Shown: positions 23,342 to 36,234 of the stretch, one piece after another
Position numbering within the stretch: position 1 is the first letter of the stretch
How the letters are laid out: the number at the start of each line of letters is the position of its first letter
Assembly (NCBI GenBank): GCA_001179505.1
Contig: CDMY01000624.1
Location: 247,519 to 311,518, forward strand
Source: Vitrella brassicaformis CCMP3155
Lineage: Eukaryota > Protista > Chromerida
Length of the DNA stretch: 64,000 bases
Reading direction: 5' to 3'
Notes under the pieces: model-generated
Told to the model about the DNA's origin: nothing
Databases searched by the model: none
Seen by the model: the letters and a program-made list of their open reading frames with translations, nothing else
Position numbers and translations under genes: made by a program

Positions 23342-26116
23342 ATGGGCAAAGACGTAAGCCCACACAAACGAGATGCATGTGGGCGTGAGGGAGAGAGGGA
23401 GGCTGCGCATGTGCCCATGTGGCGCAGCACGAATCGGTCTTTTGCTCTCTCTGCGGGTGTGAGAGAGACGTATACTCATCTGTGTGAGGGTCTGTGTGTG
23501 TGGCAGTTGAACGGCTCCGAGGGCGGCTACCCCGTCGGCGCCCTCCCCATGGAGACCAGACTCTTCATCGACAAGTCAGCCAACAGACACACACATAATG
23601 ATGATGCGTGTCGGCGGGAGAGGCCTGTCTGTCTGGGTGTCTGGGTGTGTAGTGAGTTTGTGGACGAGCATGACGGGACGCACTTCGATACGGTCGACCC
23701 GACCAACGGCAAAGTCATCGCCAAGATCCAGGAGGCCGGGTGAGTTTGTTTCTATCAGACAAGGCAAGGCACACACATATTAGTGTGAGGCACACACGTA
23801 TTAGTGTGTGTGGATCTGCCTCCCGTGTGTGTGTGTGATCAGGAAGCTGGATGTGGATCGTGCCGTCAAGGCGGCTGCCAAAGGTGGGCAGGCACCAGAC
23901 ACACATACACGTGGGATGTGTGTGGATGTGTGTGTGCGATGAATGCACTGCAGCGTTTCCGTCGTGGAGCGAGTCGTCTGGCCCCGTTCGCGCCCAATGT
24001 CTGCACAAACTCTCTGACCTCATGGAAAAGCACATCGACCAGGTCAGCACACACACACACACACATGGATGGATGGACACACACACACACGTGTGTGTCG
24101 GTCTGTCTGGTTCAGTTGGCCGAGGTCGAGTCGCTGGACAACGGCAAACCCAAACACATCGCCAAGTGAGCGACCCACCCAACACAAACAAAAGCCGACA
24201 GACACACTTGTGTGTGTGTGGCTCTCTGTCTGTCTGTCTGTGTGTGATTGATAGGAATGTGGACCTTCGCCTGTGCATCAAAATTTACCACTACTACGCC
24301 GGATGGGCCGAGGGCAAAACACAAGTGACTGCGTGGCCTGTGAACGGCGTGGATCTGACAAGGTCACCATCTGTCTGTGTGTGTGTGGTTGTGTGATTGA
24401 TTAGGGCAAGCACATTCCCATCAGTTCCCTAAACGAGACGCCCGCCAACTGGCTGTGCTACCAGAGGTCAGCCACAGGGTGTGCACACTTTCATTCGCCC
24501 GTCTGCGTGGAAGTGTTGGTGTGATTGTCATGTGTGCAGACGTGAGCCGGTCGGCGTGTGCGGTCAGATCATCCCATGGGTATGTGGGGGCGGGGGTCAT
24601 CGACTGAAAGGCACCACTCGATGGGATGGATGCCGCTGTCTCTGTGTGCCTCAGAACTTCCCAATGTGCATGTTTGCCTTAAAGATCGGACCCGCCAGTA
24701 TACACACACACTGATAGAGGCCACGGATCCCTGTTGATGCTCATGTGCGGATGTATGTGTGTGTGTGCCATCATGGCAGTGGCTGCCGGCTGCACTGTGG
24801 TCATCAAGACCAGCGAGAAAACGCCCCTCACCGGGCTGCTCATGGGACACCTCATCAAGGAGGCTGGGTGAGTATTACAAACCCACATACCATTCGATGG
24901 CATTGTTTGGTGTCAGGTTCCCGCCCGGCGTCATCAACATATTGTCCGGCTACGGGCCCACCACAGGCGACATGATTGTGCGACACGAAATGATCGACAA
25001 GGTCAGTCGGTGGCACACAAGTGGGGCAGGATGTCTCTGTCTGTGGGATGGACGCTTTCTCTCTGTCTGTCTGTGTCCGTGCAGGTTGCCTTTACGGGCA
25101 GCGGTGTGACGGCCGAGAAGATCCTCGTGGCGGCGGCTCAGAGCGGAATGAAAAAAGTCAACACAGGTGGGTACTCCACGTGCACACACGCACATATAGA
25201 GAGAGACGGGTGGCAGACGGTGAAACATCCGATGGTCTCGATTGTGTGTGTGTGTAGAGTTGGGCGGCAAGAGTCCCCTGATCGTGTGCAAGGACGCCGA
25301 CCTCGACCAGGTACCGCGTACGCATGCTACACGACACACCGTCCAAACATATGGGATTCTTCCCGTCCTGTCCTGTGGTGTCCTGACACCTATCAGGCGG
25401 TTGAGGTTGCCCACCTGGGTCTCTTCTTCAATTCGGTACGCGTGAACGTGTACCCCGTGCTATCCCTCCACTGATCCGCGTGAATGACATCTCAATAAAG
25501 GGTCAAGTTTGCATTGCGTCGAGCCGCATTTTCGTGGAGGAGTGCATCTACGACGAGTTTGTCGAGAGGGTCAGAAGATCACACACACACACACACACAC
25601 ATCATGGTGAACATCAGATCACCTGTGTGTGTGCATGTGTGTGTTAGGCGTTGAAGCGTTCCAAGGAGGCCAAGCTGCTCGACCCCAAAGATCCCGAGTG
25701 GTACGGCTGGATGGATGGACGGCTGATGGACGGCAAAGCGGATCGATGGAGTCACGTCTGTGTGTGTGTGCTTCGTCAGCACGCAGGGCCCTCAGGTGGA
25801 CGTCAAGCAGTTCGACCGCATGTACGCTCCCAACCAGACAGACAGACAGACCGACACTCTGACAGAGACAGAAACACATACATGGAGGTGTCAATCTGTC
25901 TGTGTCTCTGTTGTGCTGTTCAGCATCAACTACATCCACACCGGCAAAAAGGAGGGCGCCACGCTGCTCTGCGGTATGACAGACAAGCAAATGTGGGAGT
26001 CCCTGTGGCTCTTTCCCTGTCTCCCTGTGTGTGTGCAGGCGGCAATCAGTACGGTTCAGAGGGCTACTGGGTCGAGCCGACCATTTTCACAGTCCGTCAG
26101 CTGCCACCAACACACA

Positions 26117-26151
<35 letters not shown>

Positions 26152-26913
26152 GGAAGTCGTCCAAACTCCATTGCATGTCTCTCTCTCTCTCTCTCTCGCT
26201 GTCTGTGTGTGCAGGACGTCAAGGACGACATGCGCATCGCCAAAGAGGTCCGCGTGGCGTCCTGAGAACACACACGGGCACAGGATTCCCTCTCGCTGTC
26301 TGTTCAGGAGATTTTCGGCCCCGTCATGTGCATCCTCAAGTTCAAAGTGAGCGACGGATGAACGACACATCGACCCGACTATGGTCTGTGTGCCTGTCCA
26401 TGTGTCTGTGTGTGTCTTTAGACGCTCGACGAGGCCATCACGCGAGCCAACACCACCTCGTACGGACTCGGCGCCGGTACACACACACACACACACACAC
26501 ATAAACGGGGAGCCATGTGGAAGTGCATCTCTCTCTGTCTCTCTCTGTGTCTGTTTGTGAAGGCATCTGCACTCGCGACATCGGCAAGGCCATCACATTG
26601 GCCCATAAGATTCGCGCTGGCACCATCTACAGTATTCACACCACACAAACAACTGGACATACACACACGCATCCTCTGCGTGTGTGCTCTGTGGCAACAC
26701 AGTCAACTGCTACGACGTGTTCACGCCCGAGGCGCCGTTCGGCGGATACAAACAGAGCGGCCAGGGACGGTATCTGTGGCAGACACAAATCCGCGCATCC
26801 ATACCAACGTGAGCCGTTCTATGTGTGTTGTGTGCAGTGAGGTGGGTGAGGATGCTCTTGACTGCTACCTGGAGAAGAAGACCGTCATTTGCGACCTCTC
26901 CTTCAAGGAATAA
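23342..26913 (+). CDS. Aldehyde dehydrogenase, ALDH1/2-like, multi-exon
   Basis: MGKD start exon; RLFIDNEFV..., EPVGVCGQIIPWNFP, VVIKTSEKTP, VAFTGS (NAD binding), ELGGKSP (catalytic Glu), GQVCIASSR (catalytic Cys), [17 protein letters not shown]; ends DLSFKE*. Confidence 0.95.
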
Positions 26914-28033
26914 GTAGAGCATGCTACACGCCCATCATCACACACATGACACGCCCCCCATCCAGATGGAGAGCGGCGCATGCCTAATGAGAGAGGCGTG
27001 TTTTTTCCATCGTGGCCGTTTTGTGCTGAAGTGTGTGGGTGTGGTCGTTCCTTGTAAGTGATTGTCCGTCAACGGACATCGTGTGCACATCACCTCTGTT
27101 GATGCAGAGCACGTAGGCGGGCAGCTGCGCACAGGGGAGGGCCACAGACACACAGAGAAAAAAACAGTTACTGTGTTCTTCCTCCGATCTCCATGCATGA
27201 CGACTGACTGGTGATGACTGGTGGGCGATTTGCTCCGCATAGTGTGTGTGGACGGGACGTGTGGCAGCTCTCTGTTGGACAGCTGAGCCATCGTGTCACC
27301 GTCTTCACAGATCAGATGTGAGTGCGGTGAAGCGATGAGGGCGCTGACCAACAGAGGAGTGTCACACAGCACACGCACCCACACAGAGGGAGGTGGGAAG
27401 GCTTATGTTACCATGAGTGAGTGAGTGAATAAGTGAATAAGTGCATTGGCCTACCGTTTTGTGTATCTGTCCGGCCGGTTGGTTGGTTGTGATGTGCGTT
27501 GTGGGGCGGGGTGGCATGCAGCACAGAGGGCAACACACACTCTCTGCTGCGCATTTGTCCTCGTCCTCCATGGTGCGTTCAATCAGCCGTGAGTGACCAC
27601 AGGGAGGGAGGCCGTCACACGGACCTGACAGACAGGAAGTCCTGACGGCGATTTGCTGTGCGTATTTATCCATCCACTTATGCGTCAGTGGCACGTGTGT
27701 GTGTCTGAGGGTTGGCGCGAGCCACCAAAGAGAGAGAGACAGAGAGCGGGGGAGAGAGAAGGACTGCATGTCTCTGCCTCTCTCTCCGCTGCTTCTTTAT
27801 GAATGTTTGCCAAGGTGCTGTGTTTTTTCCCATGCTGTCTTCCCATGTGTGTGTGCAAGACAAGAAGAGCACGAGATGGCCCATCCATCCGACCAACGCC
27901 ATCTTTTTCAGTGGTTTTTTGGAGGTGTTGGTGATGTCCGTCTGTCTGTCCATCTGTCTGTGTCGGACTCCTCGATCCCTTTGTGCAGTCATTGTGTGTG
28001 GTGTTGTGTGCCCCGCCAGTGTTCGCTTCTTTG

Positions 28034-28169
28034 CACACCTTGTCAGTAAGCTGGCCCTCGCCGTCTCCTGCCGGTGTCTTATACGGAGAGAATGGGATCG
28101 ACACCCATTCGACGCGTGTAAGACACCGTCATCGGACGGCAAGGGTCAGGTGACTGAGGTGCTGGTGTG
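28034..28169. repeat. Imperfect inverted repeat / long hairpin in intergenic DNA
   Basis: Pairs: GAATGGG/CCCATTC (28090-28096 with 28104-28110), CGGTGTCTTA/TAAGACACCG (28072-28081 with 28119-28128), TCAGTAAGCTGGCCCTCGCCGTC/GACGGCAAGGGTCAGGTGACTGA (28043-28065 with 28135-28157). Confidence 0.8.
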
Positions 28170-28783
28170 GTGGTTTGTGACGTCGGACTGCCTGGTTGGC
28201 TGGCGTGTGTGTCCGATCGAGGCGAACAGACAGGATGCGTCGTGAGTGGGGGGGCAGCCGAGAGAGAGCCGCCTTTTTTGTAGTCGGTGTGGTCGGAGGT
28301 GTTAGTCATGCCTTTCTGTCTGTCTGGCTGTCTGTCTGTCTGTCTGTCTGTTTTTTGTCGACGACCTGCGTGTCTTGCGTGAGGAGAGGCGAGCTGCGGA
28401 CGATGCCTGCCTATGCGTTCCCCAGCTTTTTTCTCACTTGCCGTGCCTCCCTCCCTCCCTACTCAATGAATGACATTGAGGTGGAGTTTTTTGGGGTTTT
28501 CTGTCCTTGTCGGGCGTGATAATGTGGTGCGGGCAGGCGCGATCATGTGTGCGGGAGACTGACGGATGAGCGGGAGAGTTGACGGTCAACTCTTGTGTGT
28601 CTCGCAATCACATTACACCACATCACTTGGTACGGCTCACACAATACACAGGCTCCTTCCTCTCTGGAAGCCAAGCTGCACACGAGCCAAAACACAACAC
28701 ACAAATCCGACAAATCAACCAACGAGAAACAGGGCACATCCACCCCACCATGCAGAGAGGCCCTCACTGAGGCAGCTAGCTAG

Positions 28784-31700
28784 CTAGCTCTGCTGCTGCT
28801 CCTCCTCCTTGGCGATCATGAGCAGGTCGACCGAGAAAGGCCCAGGGTCAACATCGACCTCCCACTTCAGATGCATCCGCTGCAGCACCGCCCTGCCATC
28901 CTCATTCCCCTGGCCATGCTGGTCTCTCATCAGCTGTGCGTACTTGGCACTCGAGGCCCAGTTGACCGAGTGTTCGAGGGCGCTGGCCACCTGCCGGTGC
29001 ATGTTGGACGGGAACCGGCGGTGCACCGTCTGGTCGCGATAAGCCACAGACCGGGGTGGAGGCTTGGTGCGCCGACGCATCTTCTCCTTCTCGCCAATCC
29101 GACCGCCCTTCTCCCTCTTGCCGTCCGTCGCTGACGCATCCCCAGTGCCGTCATGTCCGTCTGTGTCATCGCCGAGCAGGGGGATCGAGTCGGCGGGAGA
29201 TGCAGTGGTCAGCAGGTGGTGGACGAGCGTGTCGTCGATGCCTTCGACCACGTTGTCGTGGTCGTATCTGTTGCTGTACACTCGCAGCAGCCGTCTCAGC
29301 CGGTCGGCCAGCTGCGGGTCCCTGCTGACGGCATCCAACAGCACTTGCCCTCTCAGGTCAGAGTTGGGGTCCTCCAGCCACGGGAAGCCTTTTGTCGACA
29401 GCAGGATGACGTCCCGCATCTCCACCAGACACCGGAGGGGCAGCAGCGCCACCACATTGCTCCCATCAGCCGTCGGCAACCGGTCAGCCGACCCATCTCC
29501 CTCCGCCCTCACCAGGGGAACCAGATGCCGCAGCGCTTGCAAAGCCACCAGGATCCGTCGACCAAAGCCGATGGCTGTGGAGCGGCGCAGCACCATCTTG
29601 TCCTCAGCCCAGTCGCTGCGACAGGCGTCGGACCTCACGAGAGCCGTCCCGCCCTGCACCGGCACCCCATGGATGGGCGAGTCGGTGGTCCACGCGTCTG
29701 GGCCGCTCCTCTGGTGCGGCGCGTTGGACTTGAAGTCGCCCAGGTGCATGGCCTTGACCTGCGCAAAAGACGGGGGCGACTGCGGTAGGTCGTCTGTGTC
29801 TGTGATGGCGTCGGTCATCGTGCCGTCCAGCCCTCTCAGCAGCGTGACGGTCTCTCCGCCGCAAGAGCTGTGGGCAGCAGTTAGGGGTGGCTCTCGTTGC
29901 TGCGGGTGGCGGAAGTCGTCCCGGCTGAAGTTCATCATCTGCCGCTCGATCGCGGTGCTCAGGGAAGAGACCATCTGGCTGCCGTCGCCGATAGCAAGCT
30001 GACCGCCGTCGCCCTCACCGCCACCGCCGCCATTTTCTCCTTCCTCTTGGAGCAGGTCAGCATCGATCTTCCATGTGAATCCGGCCACGAGCGTGGGCGT
30101 CATGAGCGGCTCGGGCAAGGCGATTTGTTCCGAGAAGCCGCCGCTCTTGGTGAATGCCGTGTGGAGGTACTGCAGGGCCACCTCCATGCACCGCACAAAC
30201 GTGTCCCTCCACGGCCACTGGATGCCGGCGTGTTGGGCATGGTCGACCGAGGGCAATGGCGCGTGCAGCGTGAGGGCGAGCAGAACCGAGGGCAGCTGCA
30301 GAGGAGGGATCTGCCACAGCTGAGAGGGGGAAGCGCGGGAGATCGATGAGTGAGCCAGCAGCCGAGAGTCGACCCCTGCACACACACCCACAACACGCGG
30401 TTCCAATCTAATGCCTGGAGGGCCGTTTCGCCCGTCTGGCTGCCTCACCCACCTCGCGACACATGCGCCAGAGCTTCCCCGAGAGTGCCCAGCTGATCCG
30501 CACTCTCCACCGCCTTGCTCGCGAGGTACCTGGTCAGCACCCGCAGCGCCCCGAACGACACGTCCCCGCCCCAGTCGCCGCCCTCACTCCTGCAGGCCAT
30601 CAAATCGATGGCCTGACAGACCTGCATGGTGGTCCACCTCCTCAGCAGCCGGTGGTCGCCGGCCTCAATCACGTCAGCCAGGGCCGCGATGAGCTCGGGT
30701 GTGCCCACTGGTGTGGGAAGGGTGGCCAGGCAGGTCACCAGACGGCCCAGTAGAGGGGCGTCGTACGTCCACAGCAGGGAGGGGAGCTCTTCTCGAGGGA
30801 AGGGCCGTTTCCGGCTGGAAGTGTCATCAGGAACTAGGGGAGTCAGGGCCTCACTGGCGACCTGTAGAGAGAGAGAAACAGAGAGAGGGACGCAATGAAT
30901 GGCCATCGCGTGATGTGGCGACGCGATGTGTCCCCGTCGGCTCACCTCCAGCTCATCTGCAGTGGCAACGGTCTCTCCCTTTTGCTGTTGTTCTTCTTCT
31001 CCGGGCTTGGGTGGTATTTCGACTGTGTCGCAGTAGTCCTCGGCTAGGTAGAGGGAGAGTTCCTCGATGAAGGGCTCCTTCAAGGGGTAGCGCACCGAGG
31101 CCAGGAACTCCAGCGCCATGACCAGCTGCTCGTTGGTGAGGTCGGGGAACCGACGGGAGACCTCCTCGGCACACAGATCCCACACCTTCAAGTGTGTCAC
31201 ACGCATGGCCAGATGGACGGATGGACACAGGCATATAATGGGTGTGTGGTGTGGGTGGCTCTCTGTCTGACCTACCTGTGTTTTGTCTGTGCCGACTTGG
31301 CAGGCGCTGAAGGCCTTCATGACCTCCAGCAACGAGTCGGTCTCGATGGCCGAGGGACCCCTCCAGAACTTGCGCCTGGCCTCCTCCAACAGACCCTCGC
31401 TCACCATGCACCCCACTCCCTCTACACCCACTTGTCTGTCGATCTCCACCATCAGCCGCAGCAGGTAGCACAGCTCAGACAGACTCAGATCAAGAGCCGC
31501 CCGCTCGGCGTGATACCGGCACACCTGTGCAAACACCTGGTAGTCGCTGCTAGTGTGTGGAGCACGGTCTGCCCCACAGACCACCACGAGGCCGTGAAAG
31601 GCCTCCACAAAGCGGACGAAGTCACGTGCAGAGAGGTCAGTGGCCGGGCCCACAGATGCGGCGAGAATGGCCAATAAATGGGAGCCGGCGAGCAGCCGCG

Positions 31701-32238
31701 GCAGAGGAGAGATCCTGCTGCCCTTGGCTGCCTTCCAGAAGGACGCGGCGAACCCCACAGCCGTCTGGGCGTCGGGTGCATGCCCCTCGTGGCACCGCCT
31801 GGCAATTTCTTGGACGATGTCGCGCCATGCCGTCTTGCGTTTGTGCAGCGCTGAGCGCTCGCAGAGGCTGGACAGCTGCCCGTAGTTGAGGGAAGACAGA
31901 GCAGAGGATGCAGCAGGCTGAGCGCCGCTGAGAGCAGCGAGACGATGGATGAACAGTCGCATGAGCCCTACAGAGAGAGGGAGGACGGTTGGATGGATGG
32001 ATGGATGGTTATTGTGGGGGGAGGAAAACTGACTTCCCAAAAAGCTCGCACTTCTGCTCGGACCCTTTGTGTTTTTGGTGCCACCCTTGAGGACGGGAGG
32101 GAGAGGAGGACAGCGGCGAAAGCTGCGATGCCTTGTGGCGCCAGCCGGAGGCACCAATGAAACATGTGAGCCACACCGCACCAGACAGTCACGCACCACG
32201 CACACGTGGACACACAGGGAGCGCGGCGCCTGCCGCAC
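28784..32238 (-). CDS. Helical-repeat (HPR/FASTK-like) protein with partial RAP-like C-terminus; probable organellar RNA-binding protein
   Basis: Long exon ORFs 30445-32238 and 28784-30448 interrupted by GT-AG introns. Helical repeats such as LSLSELCYLLRLMVEI and LTNEQLVMALEFLASVRY. C-terminal SNMHRQVASAL...WEVDVDPGPFSVDLLM resembles the start of a RAP domain. Arg/Ser/Ala-rich N-terminus; start codon uncertain (32238 or 31962). Confidence 0.6.
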
Positions 32239-32800
32239 AGACAGATGCAGGCAGCGACAGACAGCCAGGCCGGGTGGGATTCATGGCTGGTGGGGTGGGA
32301 GGGAGGGAGGCAGGAGCGAGGATGACGGTTGCCTAGATGTGCTGACGTGACGTGACAGCTGGGTTACATAGTCAGGCTGGCGAGACCAGCAGGCGGACAG
32401 ATGGCATTCGTTCGGCGGGCAGTTTTCCGTCTCTCTGGTGTGGGTGCAGTGCATCTGTGTGGCCTTCTTGTCATGGCTCCCATGTGTGTGGTCTATGCGT
32501 TGTTGTGTTGTGTGCAGAGCCTCGCGTTTGCGGACCGCGAATCGAAGAAAGCCCGTGTTGATCCACAAGCATCAGCCGAGCCGCAGACGAACCAGACAGA
32601 GGACAATGAGCCGAGTGAGCAGAGCGAATGGGGGCGAATCAGAGAGAGTGGGCGTCAATCCTCTGCCTGTGTGTGTGTGTGCGCATGTTGTGTGGTGTGG
32701 TGTGGTGTGTTGCAGGAATGGCCACTGAGCCTTCGAATCTGACGAACGGAACGACCGAAACGAGAGGTACACAACATGGCACACAACACACACACACACA

Positions 32801-33225
32801 CTTGACCCGCAGAGAGCACCAGCCAACGCACCACTGGCTGCCCTAGTATGTGTGTGTATGTGTGTGTGCTGCGTGTCAGATTTGGCTGTAGAGTCAAGTA
32901 CAGTTGACCCATCTGTTCCTGCTGCCGACCAGCAGGAAGAGCAGCAGCCTGCTGAGGCGCCCGACCAGTCGATCGTCGAGCCGCATCAGCAGCGTCAGCA
33001 CCAGCCTTCTTTGCCCCAGGAGAACGGCCTGCCATCGGTGGTCGAGCCCTGCCTATCGTCGGCCGGCCCCCCAGCAGCCCCACCGCCCGCGCCTGTGTCT
33101 GTGTCTGTGTCAGTGTCTGTCAATCCCCAGCAGCACCACTCCGACCCCTCCCCGGCTCCCCTCCCCTCCCCGGCTCCCCAAGACTCAACAACGGGGTGCT
33201 CACAGAGTGTAGACGCTGTCGGTGT
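32801..33225 (+). repeat. Inverted copy of 63576-64000 (5' exon region of the USP7-like gene), cut by the gap
   Basis: The reverse complement matches 63576-64000 with no difference seen; same peptide DLAVESSTVDPSVPAADQQEE. An upstream exon MATEPSNLTNGTTETR begins at 32718. Confidence 0.92.
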
Positions 33226-33525
33226 NNNNNNNNNNNNNNNNNNNNNNNNNNNNNNNNNNNNNNNNNNNNNNNNNNNNNNNNNNNNNNNNNNNNNNNNNNN
33301 NNNNNNNNNNNNNNNNNNNNNNNNNNNNNNNNNNNNNNNNNNNNNNNNNNNNNNNNNNNNNNNNNNNNNNNNNNNNNNNNNNNNNNNNNNNNNNNNNNNN
33401 NNNNNNNNNNNNNNNNNNNNNNNNNNNNNNNNNNNNNNNNNNNNNNNNNNNNNNNNNNNNNNNNNNNNNNNNNNNNNNNNNNNNNNNNNNNNNNNNNNNN
33501 NNNNNNNNNNNNNNNNNNNNNNNNN
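33226..33525. other. Scaffold gap (300 N)
   Basis: Run of exactly 300 N. Confidence 1.
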
Positions 33526-33606
33526 CCCCCCAGGCCACATGCGCTTCTATCGTCCGTCCGTGTGTGTCTATGCCTTTGGTAATGACGGTAATGATACTAT
33601 CAACAG

Positions 33607-34595
33607 GGTCAGTGCTGCATTGCGTCGAGCCGCATCTTTGTCGAGGAGTCCATCTACGACGACTTTGTTGAGAGGGTCAGACGATCACACGCACATACAC
33701 ACATCATGGGTGCACATTAGATTACCTCTCTGTGTGTGTGTGTTAGGCGTTGAAGCGTTCCAAGGAGGCCAAGCTGCTAGACCCCAAAGACCCCGAGTGG
33801 TACGGCTGATGGACGGCAAAGCGGATGGATGGAGTCACGTCTGTGTGTGTGTGAATGCTTTGTCAGCACGCAGGGCCCTCAGGTGGACGTCAAGCAGTTC
33901 GACCGCATGTACGCTCCAAACCAGACAGACAGACAGACAGACACTCTGACAGAGACGCACCCACATGGAGGTGTCACTCTGTCTGTGTCTCTGTTGTGCT
34001 GGTCAGCATCAACTACATCCACACCGGCAAAAAGGAGGGCGCCACGCTGCTCTGCGGTGGGCAAATCACACACACCGCAACTGTGCGAAGTCCCTCTCTC
34101 TCTGTCTGTGTGTGTGTGTGTGTGTGTCCAGGCGGCAATCAGTACGGTTCAGAGGGCTACTGGGTCGAGCCGACCATCTTCACAGTCCGTCAGGACACAG
34201 ACATACACAGAGAGAGAGAAATGGAAGTCGATAAGACTCCATTGCATCCCGCCCTCTGCCTGCATCTGTGTGTGTGCAGGACGTCAAGGACGACATGCGC
34301 ATCGCCAAAGAGGTCCGCCAGGCATCCTGATAACACACATGGAAACACATGTCCCCCTCTCCCCCGCTCTCTCTGTGTGTGCAGGAGATTTTCGGTCCCG
34401 TCATGTGCATCCTCAAGTTCAAAGTGAGCGACGAATCAATGACACCGATGTGTGTGCATGTCCGTTTGCGCGTCTTTGTGTGTCTTTAGACGCTCGACGA
34501 GGCCATCACGCGAGCCAACACCACCTCGTACGGACTCGGCGCCGGTACACACACACACACACACACACATAAACGGGGAGCCATGTGGAAGTGCA

Positions 34596-34627
<32 letters not shown>

Positions 34628-34993
34628 AAGGCATCTGCACGCGCGACATCGGCAAGGCGCTCACACTGGCCCATAAGATTCGCGCTGGCACCATCTACAG
34701 TAATCACACCACACACACAACTGGACATACACACACGCATCCTCCGTCTGTGTGCTCTCTGTGTGTCAGTCAACTGCTATGACGTGTTTACGCCCGAGGC
34801 GCCCTTCGGCGGATACAAACAGAGCGGCCAGGGCCGGTCAGCATGGCAGACACAAATCCACGCATCCACACCAACGTGCGCCGTTCTCTCTGTGTGTGTG
34901 TGTGTGTGTGTGTGCAGTGAGTTGGGCGAGTCTGGCCTGGATGCCTATCTGGAGAACAAGACCGTCATATGCGACCTCTCCTTCAAGGAATGA
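33607..34993 (+). CDS. Second aldehyde dehydrogenase paralogue, 3' half only (5' part lost at the gap)
   Basis: Exons [58 protein letters not shown], ending DLSFKE*. Intron positions match the first copy; introns and some codons are diverged. Confidence 0.9.
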
Positions 34994-36234
34994 AGACAGA
35001 GCAACACGCCCATCCACACACACGACACGTCATACTGACACACACAAATGTAAGTGGGCGCGAGAGTGAGAGCGGTGCATGGCTAATGAATGAGAGAGAA
35101 GAGAGAATGCATTGTGTGTGTTTTTTCCCTTGATCGTGGCCGATTTTGTGCTGAGATGTGTGTGACCATCCTTAATGCGTTGGGACTGGTGTACGGCCGC
35201 CGTGTGCACATGGCCTCTGTGCATGCGGAGCTCGTAGACCAGCTGCCGCGCACAGGGGAGGGCCGCACACAGACACACAGACACAGAGAGAGAGGAAAAG
35301 AAGGACTGCCTGTGTTTTTCCGCATGACGACTGACTGGTGATGACTGGTGGGCGGGCGATTTGTTCCGCATAGTGTGTGTGGACGTGTGGCACTTCTCTG
35401 TGGTTGAGGATCTCCGTCACCTCACCGTCTGTCTTCACAGATCAGATGTGAGTGCGGTGAAGCGATGAGGATCCTCACGAACTGAGGAATGCCACACACT
35501 CCGCACCTATACAGACAGGCACACAGGAGGCTTCTGCTACCGTGACTCGTCTGCCTTTTCGTCTGCATCTCGCTGCATGGGTCGTTGGTTGTGATGTGCG
35601 TTGGGGGGCGGGGCGGCTCCTCATTTGACGCACTCAATCAGCCATGAGTGACATTTGTGTGAGGAAGCTGACGTGAGCCATCGGACGGAATTATGGGGGG
35701 GATGGACAGAGAGAGAGAGAGGGAAGTGAGCCCAAAGAGGAAGTTTCTGTGTTGCCCGTGTCCACTGACCGACCGACACCCCAGGCCCCCTCTGAATGAA
35801 TGACCACCATCTTTTTCCGTCGGAGGTGCTTTCGCGACGTCCCTCCACCTGTCAGGTCCCTGTATGTGCGCAGCTTGGTTGAGTTGAGTTGACTTGACTT
35901 GACTTGAGTGAGATCTGTGGTACGTGTGATACTGCCTAGTTGGTTGGTCCCCTCCCTCTGGATGTTTGTGCATCATTTTTTTCCCTCATCCCCTCAGCCA
36001 AGGCAGGTGATGACACTGGGAGGGAGTGAGCGACAGAGTGACGGATAAAAAACAACGCAGCGAACAAACGCAGCAAAAATGGCAATGAATGCGATCCTCT
36101 GCAAGCTCAGCTCGCAAACTCGGGGAGTGAGAAAAAGCCGGAGCGTCCACGCTGGCAGTTGATGGTGACCTTGCCAGCTATTGACCCGATCTGCCTTGGC
36201 TGTTGATCTTGGTTGATTGAAGGTTGACCACCCC

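Noticed and set aside
27205-27290. Possible C/D box snoRNA (GTGATGA ... CTGA) downstream of ALDH
   Set aside because: The D box is not kept in the paralogous copy (~35405 has TTGA), there is no terminal stem, and I could not identify an rRNA guide.
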